From Armatimonadota bacterium (GTDB lineage Bacteria; Armatimonadota; SYMT01), in assembly GCA_041690135.1 (NCBI GenBank), contig JAWLHY010000016.1:64001-128000 (forward strand): a stretch of DNA of 64,000 nt. The letters are read 5' to 3'. Below, piece by piece: positions 20,839-29,702 of the stretch (positions are counted from its first letter, which is position 1; each line of letters opens with the position of its first letter). The translations under genes and the position numbers were made by a program. The notes beneath the pieces are model-generated. The model was not told the origin of the DNA, did no database searches, and saw nothing but the letters and a program-made list of their open reading frames with translations.

Positions 20839-22902
20839 ATGCAGGTCATCAATTCCGCTAACGTAGGAATGGAGCCGGAACTGGGGCTGGAGGGCGGGCA
20901 GGAGGTTGGGGCCTCCGCCCGGCTGATCGTCGGGCGAGAAGCGGGCGTTGATCTGCGGTTCCCCCATCCGGAGGTTTCGCGCCGGCACGCCGTGCTTCTC
21001 CGCACTGAAACAGGAGACTACCTCCAGGATCTCGGCTCGGCCAACGGCACCCGGGTAGGTGGACTGTTGCTCCGCCCGGACGAACGGCATCTGCTCTTTG
21101 ATGGTGACTCTGTGCACCTGGGCGGTCTCGCTCTCACCTACCGGGCAGGAGCTCTGGTCGAGGCGCCGGCATCGCAGCCGGAGGAGATCCGGAGCGTGCG
21201 CGTGGACGTGCGGAACCTCCGGCAGGTGGTGCGGCGTCGCGGCCGGGAGTTGGTGCTGCTGGATAATGTCTCGTTCTCGGTCTATCCCCGTGAGGTGGTG
21301 GGCATTGTCGGGGCGAGTGGGGCGGGAAAGTCGACCCTCGTCAACGCCCTGAACGGAATGCGTCCGGCGGTGGAGGGATCGGTCCTTTACAACCACCTCT
21401 CCTTCTACGCGGACCCGGAAGCGTTCCGCGGGGTGATCGGCTACGTGCCGCAAGAGGACATCGTCCACCGGCAGCTCTCCGTCGCGAGCGTGCTGCGATA
21501 CGCTGCCGAACTCCGCCTGCCGCCCACTACCCCTCCCGCCGAGATCGAGGCGCGCCTGGAGGCGGTCCTGGAAGAGTTGGAGCTGACCCACCGGCGCGAG
21601 GCCATCGTCGCCACGTTGAGCGGTGGGGAGCGCAAGCGGGTGAACATCGGGGTGGAGCTCTTGACCCGGCCCAGCCTGCTCCTGCTGGATGAGCCGACCT
21701 CCGGCCTCGACCCCGGTCTGGAGCGCCGCGTGGTGGGCCTGATCCGGCGACTGGCGGAAGAGGGACGCACCGTCCTCTTCGTAACACACGCCACCGAAAG
21801 TATCTCGCAGTGCGATCTTGTATTGTTCCTGGCGCCTGGGGGACGTGTGGCTTTCTACGGTCCACCGGCCGCAGCGCTGGAGTTCTTCGGAGTCGACGAG
21901 TTTGCCGAGGCCTACCTGAAACTGAACGTCGACCGTGATACGGAAGGCGGCAACCCGTGGCCCGAACGGTTCCGTGCCTCTGCGTATTACGAGACATACG
22001 TGGTGGAGCGGGGGCATACCGCCGGACGCTCGCCGGAGGAGCCGTCCTATGCCGCGCGCCTGGAACGACGCCCCACCCTTTCCCCCACCCGGCAATTGAC
22101 GTTGTTAGGCCGGCGCTACCTGGAGGTGATGAAAGGGGACCGCCGCAACCTGGCGGTGTTGCTGCTTCAGGCTCCGCTCATCGCCGGGATCGTGGGGGCG
22201 ATCTACCCGCACAACGTGTTCACCGACGATCTGCCCAGGTCCGCCGGCGCCGCCCCGCCCGTGAGGGACGCCGGGGAACTGCTGTTCCTGCTGGTCATCG
22301 CCGCGTTGTGGTTCGGCACCGTCAACTCCGCGCGTGAAATCAGCAAGGAGCGGACGATCTTCCTGCGCGAGCGACTCGCGGGGCTGCGGGTGTGGCCTTA
22401 TCTTCTCTCGAAAACGGGGGTGCTGGGCCTTCTGTGCCTGCTTCAGGCCTTCTTCCTGCTGGCCGGGGTGGGCGCGCGGATCGACTTCCACGTGGAAGGC
22501 GCCGCGTGGTGGCAACTCTACGGCGTACTCACCCTGGCGTCGCTCGCGGCCACGATGCAGGGCCTGGTGCTCTCTTCCTTCTCGAATTCCACAGACCAGG
22601 CGGCCAGTCTCGTGCCGCTGGTGCTCCTGCCGCAGGTCATCTTCTCCGGCATGCTGCTCGGCCTGGACGATCTCGGACCGTTCCGCGCGGTGGCGAACGT
22701 GATGCCGGGCCGGTGGGTGTACGGCGGACTGGCCGCGCTGACCCGGCTCCCCGACCTTTATGCGGATACCGGCATCTCCCGCGCCGTGAAGGATGTTTTC
22801 TATACCGATCCCCTGGCGGCCATGGCTGCGCTGACGGTGATCTCTCTGGCGTGTCTGGTCGCTGCCGCCATGGCCCTCACTGCTCGCCAGTCTGCTCGCT
22901 AG
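20839..22902 (+). CDS. FHA-domain ABC transporter, fused ATPase + ABC-2 permease (Rv1747-like)
   Basis: FHA (VGR..VSRRHA..DLGSANGT), GASGAGKST, LSGGERKRV, LLLDEPTSGLD, C-terminal TM domain; start uncertain. Confidence 0.92.
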   Translation: MQVINSANVGMEPELGLEGGQEVGASARLIVGREAGVDLRFPHPEVSRRHAVLLRTETGDYLQDLGSANGTRVGGLLLRPDERHLLFDGDSVHLGGLALTYRAGALVEAPASQPEEIRSVRVDVRNLRQVVRRRGRELVLLDNVSFSVYPREVVGIVGASGAGKSTLVNALNGMRPAVEGSVLYNHLSFYADPEAFRGVIGYVPQEDIVHRQLSVASVLRYAAELRLPPTTPPAEIEARLEAVLEELELTHRREAIVATLSGGERKRVNIGVELLTRPSLLLLDEPTSGLDPGLERRVVGLIRRLAEEGRTVLFVTHATESISQCDLVLFLAPGGRVAFYGPPAAALEFFGVDEFAEAYLKLNVDRDTEGGNPWPERFRASAYYETYVVERGHTAGRSPEEPSYAARLERRPTLSPTRQLTLLGRRYLEVMKGDRRNLAVLLLQAPLIAGIVGAIYPHNVFTDDLPRSAGAAPPVRDAGELLFLLVIAALWFGTVNSAREISKERTIFLRERLAGLRVWPYLLSKTGVLGLLCLLQAFFLLAGVGARIDFHVEGAAWWQLYGVLTLASLAATMQGLVLSSFSNSTDQAASLVPLVLLPQVIFSGMLLGLDDLGPFRAVANVMPGRWVYGGLAALTRLPDLYADTGISRAVKDVFYTDPLAAMAALTVISLACLVAAAMALTARQSAR

Positions 22903-23000
22903 CCGGATAGAGGATGTCGTCTTCCGTGGAGGCACCTTCGCGGGCCTCGGCCGCGTCGGAAATCGGAAACAGGCCGCGCTGGGCGGCCCTGGAGTGGCGG

Positions 23001-23435
23001 TTAGCGATCGAAGGCGTGACGGATCGCTTCAATCCCCAGCGGCACGAGCACTCCCGCTACGGCGCCACCGCAGATCCCGAACTGCACCAGGAACGCCTGC
23101 ACCGGCGGATGGCCGGCGAACAGGGGGCAGAGGGCCCAACTGTAGATCCAGCCCACCAGCGCTCCGATGAGCATGGACAGCGAAATGCGGGATCCGAGAG
23201 TCGGCAGCGGTGCGGCGAGGCATCCCATCAGGAATCCACCTGCAAGACCCGGTGGGATGCCGAAGCCGGCAAACAGCCCGAAGACCAGCACATAGCCCAG
23301 CAGCGGGCTGGGCTCCGGTACGCCGGCCAGAGAGGGGCCCCGCAGGGTGATGAGCCCAAAAGCACTGATCAGGGCGCCGGTGACGATCCCCACGAGAGTC
23401 CAGGCCACGATCTGGGCGGTGCGCTGGGTGTCCAT
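23001..23435 (-). CDS. Hypothetical membrane protein (about 4 TM)
   Basis: Gly-rich hydrophobic helices; GGAGG RBS before ATG 23435. Confidence 0.65.
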   Translation of the reverse strand: MDTQRTAQIVAWTLVGIVTGALISAFGLITLRGPSLAGVPEPSPLLGYVLVFGLFAGFGIPPGLAGGFLMGCLAAPLPTLGSRISLSMLIGALVGWIYSWALCPLFAGHPPVQAFLVQFGICGGAVAGVLVPLGIEAIRHAFDR

Positions 23436-23529
23436 ACGACCTCCGGAACCGGGCAAGGAGAAGCTGCCCTACTGGATTGTAGCGTAGGTTGACGATTGCC
23501 GCCAGAATCGGGCTCGCACTTCAGATAGG

Positions 23530-23578
23530 GATTGCAAACTCAAAAGCTTGAAATTTCAAGTTTGCAATTTTCAATTTG
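23530..23578. repeat. Degenerate AT-rich heptamer array
   Basis: attgcaaactcaaaagcttgaaatttcaagtttgcaattttcaatttg shows 7-nt periodicity and overlaps the stop of the 23571 gene. Confidence 0.65.
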
Positions 23579-24032
23579 GTACTTTCAGCGACGGGAGGTC
23601 TGGACCCTTTGCCGGCGGGATGACCAGCTTCTCCAGCTCCATGCGGGGTGAAGCGAGGTTGAACTCTACCTGGAACCGGTTGGCGTGGGCATCGTGACCC
23701 ACGCGCCAGTCACACGTGGCATCCAGCTTCTTGAAGCTGACGGACACCGTGGCGCCGGGACATTCGGCGAGTTCTTCCAGGAACATGCTGGCGGCTCGGG
23801 TCTCGCCCTGGTAACAGAGGGACGTCCAGGAGTTGATGAAATGACCGCTGACGAATTTGGTGTCTTTGCGGTTCAGGACGGCCATCACTTTCTTCTGGGC
23901 CTCCGCCGGATAGCCGGCGGAGAATGCCACCCCCGGCCGGTCGAGCTTGCCCGCCAGTGCCCAGGCCGGCATTGCCAAACCCAGCGCAACAGCCGTAACC
24001 GCCCCGACCAGCCACCTCTTCGCACCGCCCAT
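23571..24032 (-). CDS. Hypothetical secreted protein
   Basis: GAGGGAGG RBS, signal peptide, typical codon bias. Confidence 0.75.
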   Translation of the reverse strand: MGGAKRWLVGAVTAVALGLAMPAWALAGKLDRPGVAFSAGYPAEAQKKVMAVLNRKDTKFVSGHFINSWTSLCYQGETRAASMFLEELAECPGATVSVSFKKLDATCDWRVGHDAHANRFQVEFNLASPRMELEKLVIPPAKGPDLPSLKVPN

Positions 24033-24188
24033 TTTACACCTCCCTCTCGAAGCGCGAGCTCATGAATGCCGTGTGCAGGATCCCGACCCCGGCACGTTAT
24101 TCGCAGTTTGGATGCACGAGAGGGGTCGGGGGTTACACCTGGGAGATGCCCGGCAGGCGAATTGGGCCTTCGCAGCCGGGAAAGCCCA

Positions 24189-24197
24189 TGCTATAAT
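24189..24197 (+). promoter_or_regulatory. Extended -10 promoter element for tRNA-Lys
   Basis: TGCTATAAT about 40 nt upstream of the tRNA. Confidence 0.7.
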
Positions 24198-24236
24198 GGC
24201 CGGGCGCCGCGGGAGGGATACCGTCCGTAGCGCAAT

Positions 24237-24309
24237 GAGCCGGTAGCTCAGTCGGTAGAGCAGTGCCCTTTTAAGGCATTGGTCCTGGGTTCGAGTCCCA
24301 GCCGGCTCA
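24237..24309 (+). tRNA. tRNA-Lys (anticodon UUU), CCA not encoded
   Basis: Cloverleaf: GAGCCGG/CCGGCTC acceptor, GCTC/GAGC D-stem, GTGCC-CTTTTAA-GGCAT anticodon arm, CTGGG-TTCGAGT-CCCAG T-arm. Confidence 0.97.
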
Positions 24310-24346
24310 TTTCTGCATTGTGCCATTCCGAATCAGGAGTGAAGTG

Positions 24347-24740
24347 ATGACTCTGGTCCTTCACTTGCCGCCCGTCACGGAGCGGAAGCTCCAGGAACTG
24401 GCGTCCCAATCGGGTCAGGATGTGTCCGAGTACGCACTCGGTGTCATCCAAACTCACCTTCACGCGTGCTCGGATAGTGAGAGCAGCGAAGCCGATGACT
24501 TCTTCCAGCAGGCAGTCACTCGACTGACGGAGCGAACCCCGGAACAGTTGGCAGGTGCTCGCGAAGCGTCGAAGCGCTTCATCCGTCCCGGAAAGCCGCT
24601 ACCGCAGGGCGCATCGGTTCTGGATGTTGTTTTCGGTAACTGGCCGGCTTCTCCTGACGTCTGATCAAGACTTCGACCACCTGTCTCCCCTCTTTCTTGA
24701 GCGGGAGTACATCCCGGAGAAGCGTGACCTTTCTGGTTAG
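24347..24740 (+). pseudogene. Collapsed antitoxin / VapC(PIN) toxin pair
   Basis: Antitoxin-like ORF 24347-24664 (MTLVLHLPPVTERKLQELASQSGQDVSEY...FGNWP) runs directly into a PIN C-terminal remnant in another frame (VTGRLLLTSDQDFDHLSPLFLEREYI*). Confidence 0.6.
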
Positions 24741-24759
24741 GTTCCAGTTCACGCGACCA

Positions 24760-25019
24760 GGCCGGTAGTCATACAGCTCGAATTCGGCGGTTTCGGGGGA
24801 GGCGCCGGGGACCTTCCACTCCACCAGGCGATAGCGGCCCGTGCGGGTAGCGCTTTCCACGCAGTCCCCGCGGGGGAAGCGGTGGTAGGCTTGGTCTCGG
24901 ACCGTCGACTTGGGTCTCGCAAGACCGGCGCCATGCTCAATCCGTCGATCGACTGCGGCCCCTTCAGTGCGAGAAGGCCGGCGAGGCTCCGCCAGTGTCG
25001 GGAACACATCTATGGTTTC
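24760..25019 (-). pseudogene. Frameshifted duplicate of the 3' part of the sulfatase gene (28240-28500)
   Basis: Direct nucleotide alignment by eye; encodes DVFPTLAE / GPQSIDGLSMAPVLRDP / YRLVEWKVPGASPETAEFELYDY across two frames. Confidence 0.88.
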
Positions 25020-25083
25020 CCCATCCTGGCGCTGTTTTCGGGTGTCCTGACTCGCCGCTTCTCCTGGGGAGGAGGCGAGGCCA

Positions 25084-28000
25084 ATGCTGTGCAAGTCAAC
25101 CTTGCCGGTTACCCACTCGCCGCCCTGGGAGGTTGCGCCTGTGTCTACGCTTGCTGAAAGCTCGGAGGCGCCTGCCAAGGGCCTGGAACACTCCCATCAC
25201 CTTCCTTATGGCCCGCCCGAATGTTGCGTGGGCCGCGACTTGTTGCTGGCTGATCTACATGGCCGGCACCCGCTGGAGCGGGTCGTGGTGGTTGCGGGGC
25301 CAGAGGGGATCGGCAAGACCACGGTTGCACTTGCTTACGCACATCGGTTCGGTCATCACTATCGCGAGCTGCTGTACGTGAATGCCGCCGACGGCGCCCC
25401 ATCGCTCATCGGTGAGTTCGCCCGTCTGTCTCTCGAACTTGGGGTGCGGCGGGCTTTCACCAGCGACGCAGCCGGGGATGCAGAGACGGCGAAGAAGGAG
25501 ATAGAGACCGCCGTCTCTCGCCTGTTGATCATCGATAACGCGCTCGACGAGCAGGCCGTTCGGCCGTGGATTCCCCAAGGCGGCGAGTGTCACACGGTCA
25601 TCATCTCCCCCACTCCGGGCTGGTCCACCGCGGCAACCCTGGTGGTTCCGGCACTCGCACCCAACGCGGCTAGCGAGCTGCTCCTGCGCCGAAGCGAGCG
25701 AGCGAGTAGCACGGCTTGCCGGGAAGCGGCGGATCGCCTGGCCCGGGAGCTCAATCACCACCCACTGGCGCTGGAGCTCGCGGCTCGCTACTGCCGGCGG
25801 GAGCAGTTGGATTTCGATCACTACCTCGAACTTTGTGCCGGCGCCCGGGAGGAACTGCCGGCCGCGTGGGGGCCAGAGGGAGCGGGAAGTCCAGACCCGG
25901 TCCGGATCACCGCGTGGCTCACCCTGAAATGCCTTACCGGTCCGGCTCTGGCAATATTCCGCTTGTCATCCTACCTCGGTGCCGGCGACGTTCCGTTGAG
26001 CCTGTTTGATGCCGCCGGTCCGCTGCTCGTCGTTACTGACCTCGATCCGGATCTGGACACCGCGAGTGAGAGTGAATACGCCGCCAATGTGTCGTTGCCG
26101 GTGGCGGAGGCACTCGCAGAGCTGGCCGATTTCTCCCTCATCCGCTACCGTCCCGGAGATCGCACCTACGGCGTGCACGGCATGCTCCAGGCGGTAACAC
26201 GGGAGGCGGCGTACTCCGGCCCAACAAGCCATTATTCGGAGCGGGCGATGGAGGCGGTAAGCGGAGCCTTTCCGGAACCGGAAGAGGCAAACTGGGCAGT
26301 CTGCGAGCAACTCCTACCGCACGCTCACGCCTGCGCGGCGCGGATCGTCCAGGAAGGCATGCAGACCGAAGCGGCGGCTCGCCTGCTAACCCGCCTCGGT
26401 ATGTACCTCCTGGCAAGGGGGCAAGACACAGCAGCGGAGAAGTTGCTGCGCCACGCGTTGGCGATCGACCGGCGCATCTTTGGTGAGGAACACACCCAGA
26501 CGACAACGGACCTCGAGATCCTGGCCGGGCTGCTCTTCACACAGCAGAAGTTGGATGAAGCCGAGTCACTCTACCGGCAGTCCCACTCCCTCCGCGAGCG
26601 ACTGTTCGGGGCACAACATGTAGAGACCGCTCTTTCGCTGAACAATCTCGGCGCGGTTCTCCGCGATCTGGGCCGCAACGGCGAAGCGGAGCCGCTGCTT
26701 CGGCGATCGGTGGCGATCCTCGAAGCGGCCGCAGAAGAACCTCTACACAGGGCTACCGCGCTTCATAACCTGGCCGAACTTCTCTGGCATCAGGAGAACA
26801 CGAGGGAGGCCGAGGTCTTGCTCCGGCGCTCGGTTACGGATTACGAGGCTGCATTGGGGGAAGAGCATCCAATTGTAGCCGGGGCGTTGAGCGAACTGGC
26901 ATGGACGGTGTATTCCCGAGAAGACCGCGATGGGGCATTGGCCCTCCTCGAGCGCCCCCTGTCGATTCTAGAGGAATGGAAGAACGGCGATCCGCACGCA
27001 GAGCGGGTGCTTGTCCGGTGCGCGGAACTCCTGCGCGACATGGAGCGTGATTCCGCCGTTGAGCCGGCCATTCGGCGGTGCCTGGCAGTCTGCGAGACGG
27101 TCCTGGGAACCGACCATGTCGAGACGGCTGCCGTGATGCTCGACCTCGGCGAGTTATTGCGCAAACAGGAGAGATTCGAAGAGGCGGAACCCTTTCTCCG
27201 GCGATGTCTCGCGATTCTGGAGGCCAAGGCGGACCGTCAGGAGGACGCGGCCACCGCCATGACCAGCCTGGCGTTGACCCTGCACTCACTCGACAAATTA
27301 AAGGCAGCGGAGCCTCTCTTTCACCAGGCGCTGGCAGCGTGGGTGGCTGCCGTGGGTGAACAGGACCCGCAGGTGGGCATCGTCATGCTTTGTCTCGCGA
27401 TCTTATTGAAAGACCGGGGCAAGCTCGCCGAGGCCGAGTGCTTGTTTCTTCAGGCGCTCAAGCATATTGAAGACACGCTGGGAAGGGATAGTGAAGAAGT
27501 AGCCAATCTCCTCAGGCACCTGGGCCACCTGAAACAAGAGCAGATCCGGCTGCAGGATGCCGAGCGGTATTTTCGCTGGGCCGTTTCGGTCAGCGAAGAA
27601 GCCCTAGGTGTAGACCATCCAGGCACCGCCGATGCGCTGCATGACCTGGCGCAACTCCTTCAAGAACGCGGAAAGTATGCAGAGGCGGAGGTGTTTTTTC
27701 GCATGTGCCTGGCCAAACACGAGGCGTGCTTTGGCCCGGAGCATCCCGACACGGCAACATCGCTCTTTTACCTGGCGGAGCTTTATCGCGGGCAAGGCAA
27801 GACCGTGGAAGCCGAGCGAAACCTTTGGCGGGTCCTGGCGATCTACGAAGCCGCCCTGGGACCCGAGCATCCTTATGTTGCAGCGGCTTTGAACAGCCTG
27901 GCGTCACTGCTCCGGGATGAGGGGCGGCTGGCCGAGGCCGTAACCCTCTTCGAGCGCTCCCTGGCTATCCGGGAAGCGACGCTCGGCGCCGAACATCCTG

Positions 28001-28101
28001 AAACCCAGACAACTCGGGAAGACCTGTCCACCGTCCGGCAGTTGTTGGCCCCTGGGGTTGACGGCTGGGTGGCACGCCTGCGGCGAACCACAGGGATCTG
28101 A
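25084..28101 (+). CDS. STAND (NB-ARC-like) NTPase with long kinesin-light-chain-type TPR array
   Basis: Walker A GPEGIGKT, Walker B LLIIDNA, HPLALELAA, VHGMLQ; many repeats of the type LGPEHPYVAAALNSLASLL. Start could be GTG 25141. Confidence 0.9.
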   Translation: MLCKSTLPVTHSPPWEVAPVSTLAESSEAPAKGLEHSHHLPYGPPECCVGRDLLLADLHGRHPLERVVVVAGPEGIGKTTVALAYAHRFGHHYRELLYVNAADGAPSLIGEFARLSLELGVRRAFTSDAAGDAETAKKEIETAVSRLLIIDNALDEQAVRPWIPQGGECHTVIISPTPGWSTAATLVVPALAPNAASELLLRRSERASSTACREAADRLARELNHHPLALELAARYCRREQLDFDHYLELCAGAREELPAAWGPEGAGSPDPVRITAWLTLKCLTGPALAIFRLSSYLGAGDVPLSLFDAAGPLLVVTDLDPDLDTASESEYAANVSLPVAEALAELADFSLIRYRPGDRTYGVHGMLQAVTREAAYSGPTSHYSERAMEAVSGAFPEPEEANWAVCEQLLPHAHACAARIVQEGMQTEAAARLLTRLGMYLLARGQDTAAEKLLRHALAIDRRIFGEEHTQTTTDLEILAGLLFTQQKLDEAESLYRQSHSLRERLFGAQHVETALSLNNLGAVLRDLGRNGEAEPLLRRSVAILEAAAEEPLHRATALHNLAELLWHQENTREAEVLLRRSVTDYEAALGEEHPIVAGALSELAWTVYSREDRDGALALLERPLSILEEWKNGDPHAERVLVRCAELLRDMERDSAVEPAIRRCLAVCETVLGTDHVETAAVMLDLGELLRKQERFEEAEPFLRRCLAILEAKADRQEDAATAMTSLALTLHSLDKLKAAEPLFHQALAAWVAAVGEQDPQVGIVMLCLAILLKDRGKLAEAECLFLQALKHIEDTLGRDSEEVANLLRHLGHLKQEQIRLQDAERYFRWAVSVSEEALGVDHPGTADALHDLAQLLQERGKYAEAEVFFRMCLAKHEACFGPEHPDTATSLFYLAELYRGQGKTVEAERNLWRVLAIYEAALGPEHPYVAAALNSLASLLRDEGRLAEAVTLFERSLAIREATLGAEHPETQTTREDLSTVRQLLAPGVDGWVARLRRTTGI

Positions 28102-28143
28102 CGCCGGCCCCCAGCTATCGCTCTCACCGGCGAGGGGTGCCGG

Positions 28144-29640
28144 TTAACGGACGGCTTCGGGGTGACGGGCGAGGATGGCCCGCATCCGCGCCAACTGTTC
28201 CGGCTCCGAAGCAGCGACATTCCGCGTTTCGCCCGGGTCGGCCTGGTAGTCGTACAGCTCGAGCTCGGCGGTATCGGGGGAAGCGCCGGGGACCTTCCAC
28301 TCCACCAGGCGATAGCGGTCCGTGCGGATAGCGCGCCCCATGCGGTCCCCGCGGGGGAAGCAGTGATAGGCGTGGTCTCGGAGCGGCGCCTTTGGGTCCC
28401 GCAAGACCGGCGCCAGGCTTAATCCGTCGATTGGCTGCGGTCCCTTGGGTGCGGGAAGCCCTGCCAGTTCCGCCAGTGTCGGAAACACGTCTACTGTTTC
28501 GGTCAACTGCCGGGAGGCGCTGCCGGGCTTCGTCACGCCGGGCGCGACCACCAGCAGCGGGATCCGGTTGGCCTGCTCGTAGTTGGTGTGCTTGGTCCAG
28601 TAGCCGTGATCGCCGAGGTGCCAGCCGTGGTCGCCCCAGAGCACCACGACGGTGTTCCGGCGGAGCTTGAGCCGATCCAGCGCATCCAGCACCCGGCCGA
28701 CCTGCGCATCCATAAAGCTGGTGCAGGCGTAGTAGCCGTGGATCAACTTGCGCTGGTTGGCCTCTTCGCGCAGGTTCTCCACGGAGAGCGGCGCATAGTT
28801 GACGATCTCCCCACCCCGCTTGCCGGCCACTCGGGGAGCGCCCGTGGGCGGCTGCTGGTCCGGCGCCAGGGGGAAGGCTTTGGGATCGTGCATGTCCCAG
28901 TACTTCTTCGGCGCGGTGAGCGGGAGGTGGGGCTTGACGAAGCCAAGGGCGAGAAAGAAGGGAGAGTCACTCCGCGCGGCGGCCTCCAGGCGGCGGATGC
29001 CTTCGTCCGCGATCCGGCCATCCGCGTAGGCGTTATCCGGAACATCCGCGACTTCCCATGCGGAGCCGCGCGGCAGCTTTCCGATCTCGCCCAACCGCTG
29101 GTTGGTGAAGTAGGCCTCTTCGCGCGTGAGCTGCCCGTTGGCGGAGTTCTCCGGTTGGAGGTACTCGACTACTTTCTCGGGATGAGACTTCACGCTCCAG
29201 GAGGCTGCGTCGTCGTGGTTGCCGTGGCCGGTGTGCAGCACCTTGCCGACCGCTTCCGCACGGTAGCCGTGGCGCATGAAGAACTGGGGCATGGTCACGC
29301 CGTTGGGAGCCGCCGTGCGGAAGTTCTGATGGAGGCTGTAGATGCCGAGCGAGGTGGAGCGAGAACCCAGGAGCAGGTTGTTCCGGGAAGGCGCGCAAAC
29401 GGCCTGGTTGCAGTAGGCCAGATCGAACCGCACACCGCGCCGCGCCAGCCGATCGATGTTGGGAGTCCGTGCCAGGCGATCCCCATAGCAGCCGAGCGCC
29501 GGTTTGAGATCGTCCACGCAGATGAGCAACACATTCCGCCGTGGAGAGGCCCCCTCGGAATGCCCGCGACCCGCCGCTGTGACCATCACCAGCCCGGCTA
29601 ACATCCAACCCATCGCCTGATAACGCCCGCTCCTCGCCAT
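28144..29640 (-). CDS. Sulfatase (iduronate-2-sulfatase-like, S1)
   Basis: NVLLICVDDL, CAPSR, GKVLH, KPHLP, WGDHGWHLG. Confidence 0.93.
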   Translation of the reverse strand: MARSGRYQAMGWMLAGLVMVTAAGRGHSEGASPRRNVLLICVDDLKPALGCYGDRLARTPNIDRLARRGVRFDLAYCNQAVCAPSRNNLLLGSRSTSLGIYSLHQNFRTAAPNGVTMPQFFMRHGYRAEAVGKVLHTGHGNHDDAASWSVKSHPEKVVEYLQPENSANGQLTREEAYFTNQRLGEIGKLPRGSAWEVADVPDNAYADGRIADEGIRRLEAAARSDSPFFLALGFVKPHLPLTAPKKYWDMHDPKAFPLAPDQQPPTGAPRVAGKRGGEIVNYAPLSVENLREEANQRKLIHGYYACTSFMDAQVGRVLDALDRLKLRRNTVVVLWGDHGWHLGDHGYWTKHTNYEQANRIPLLVVAPGVTKPGSASRQLTETVDVFPTLAELAGLPAPKGPQPIDGLSLAPVLRDPKAPLRDHAYHCFPRGDRMGRAIRTDRYRLVEWKVPGASPDTAELELYDYQADPGETRNVAASEPEQLARMRAILARHPEAVR

Positions 29641-29702
29641 CTCCCCTCCTCTGTTCTCCGTGTGCCCTCAGTGCCTTGGTGTCTCTGTGGTGAGGGGACC
29701 CT

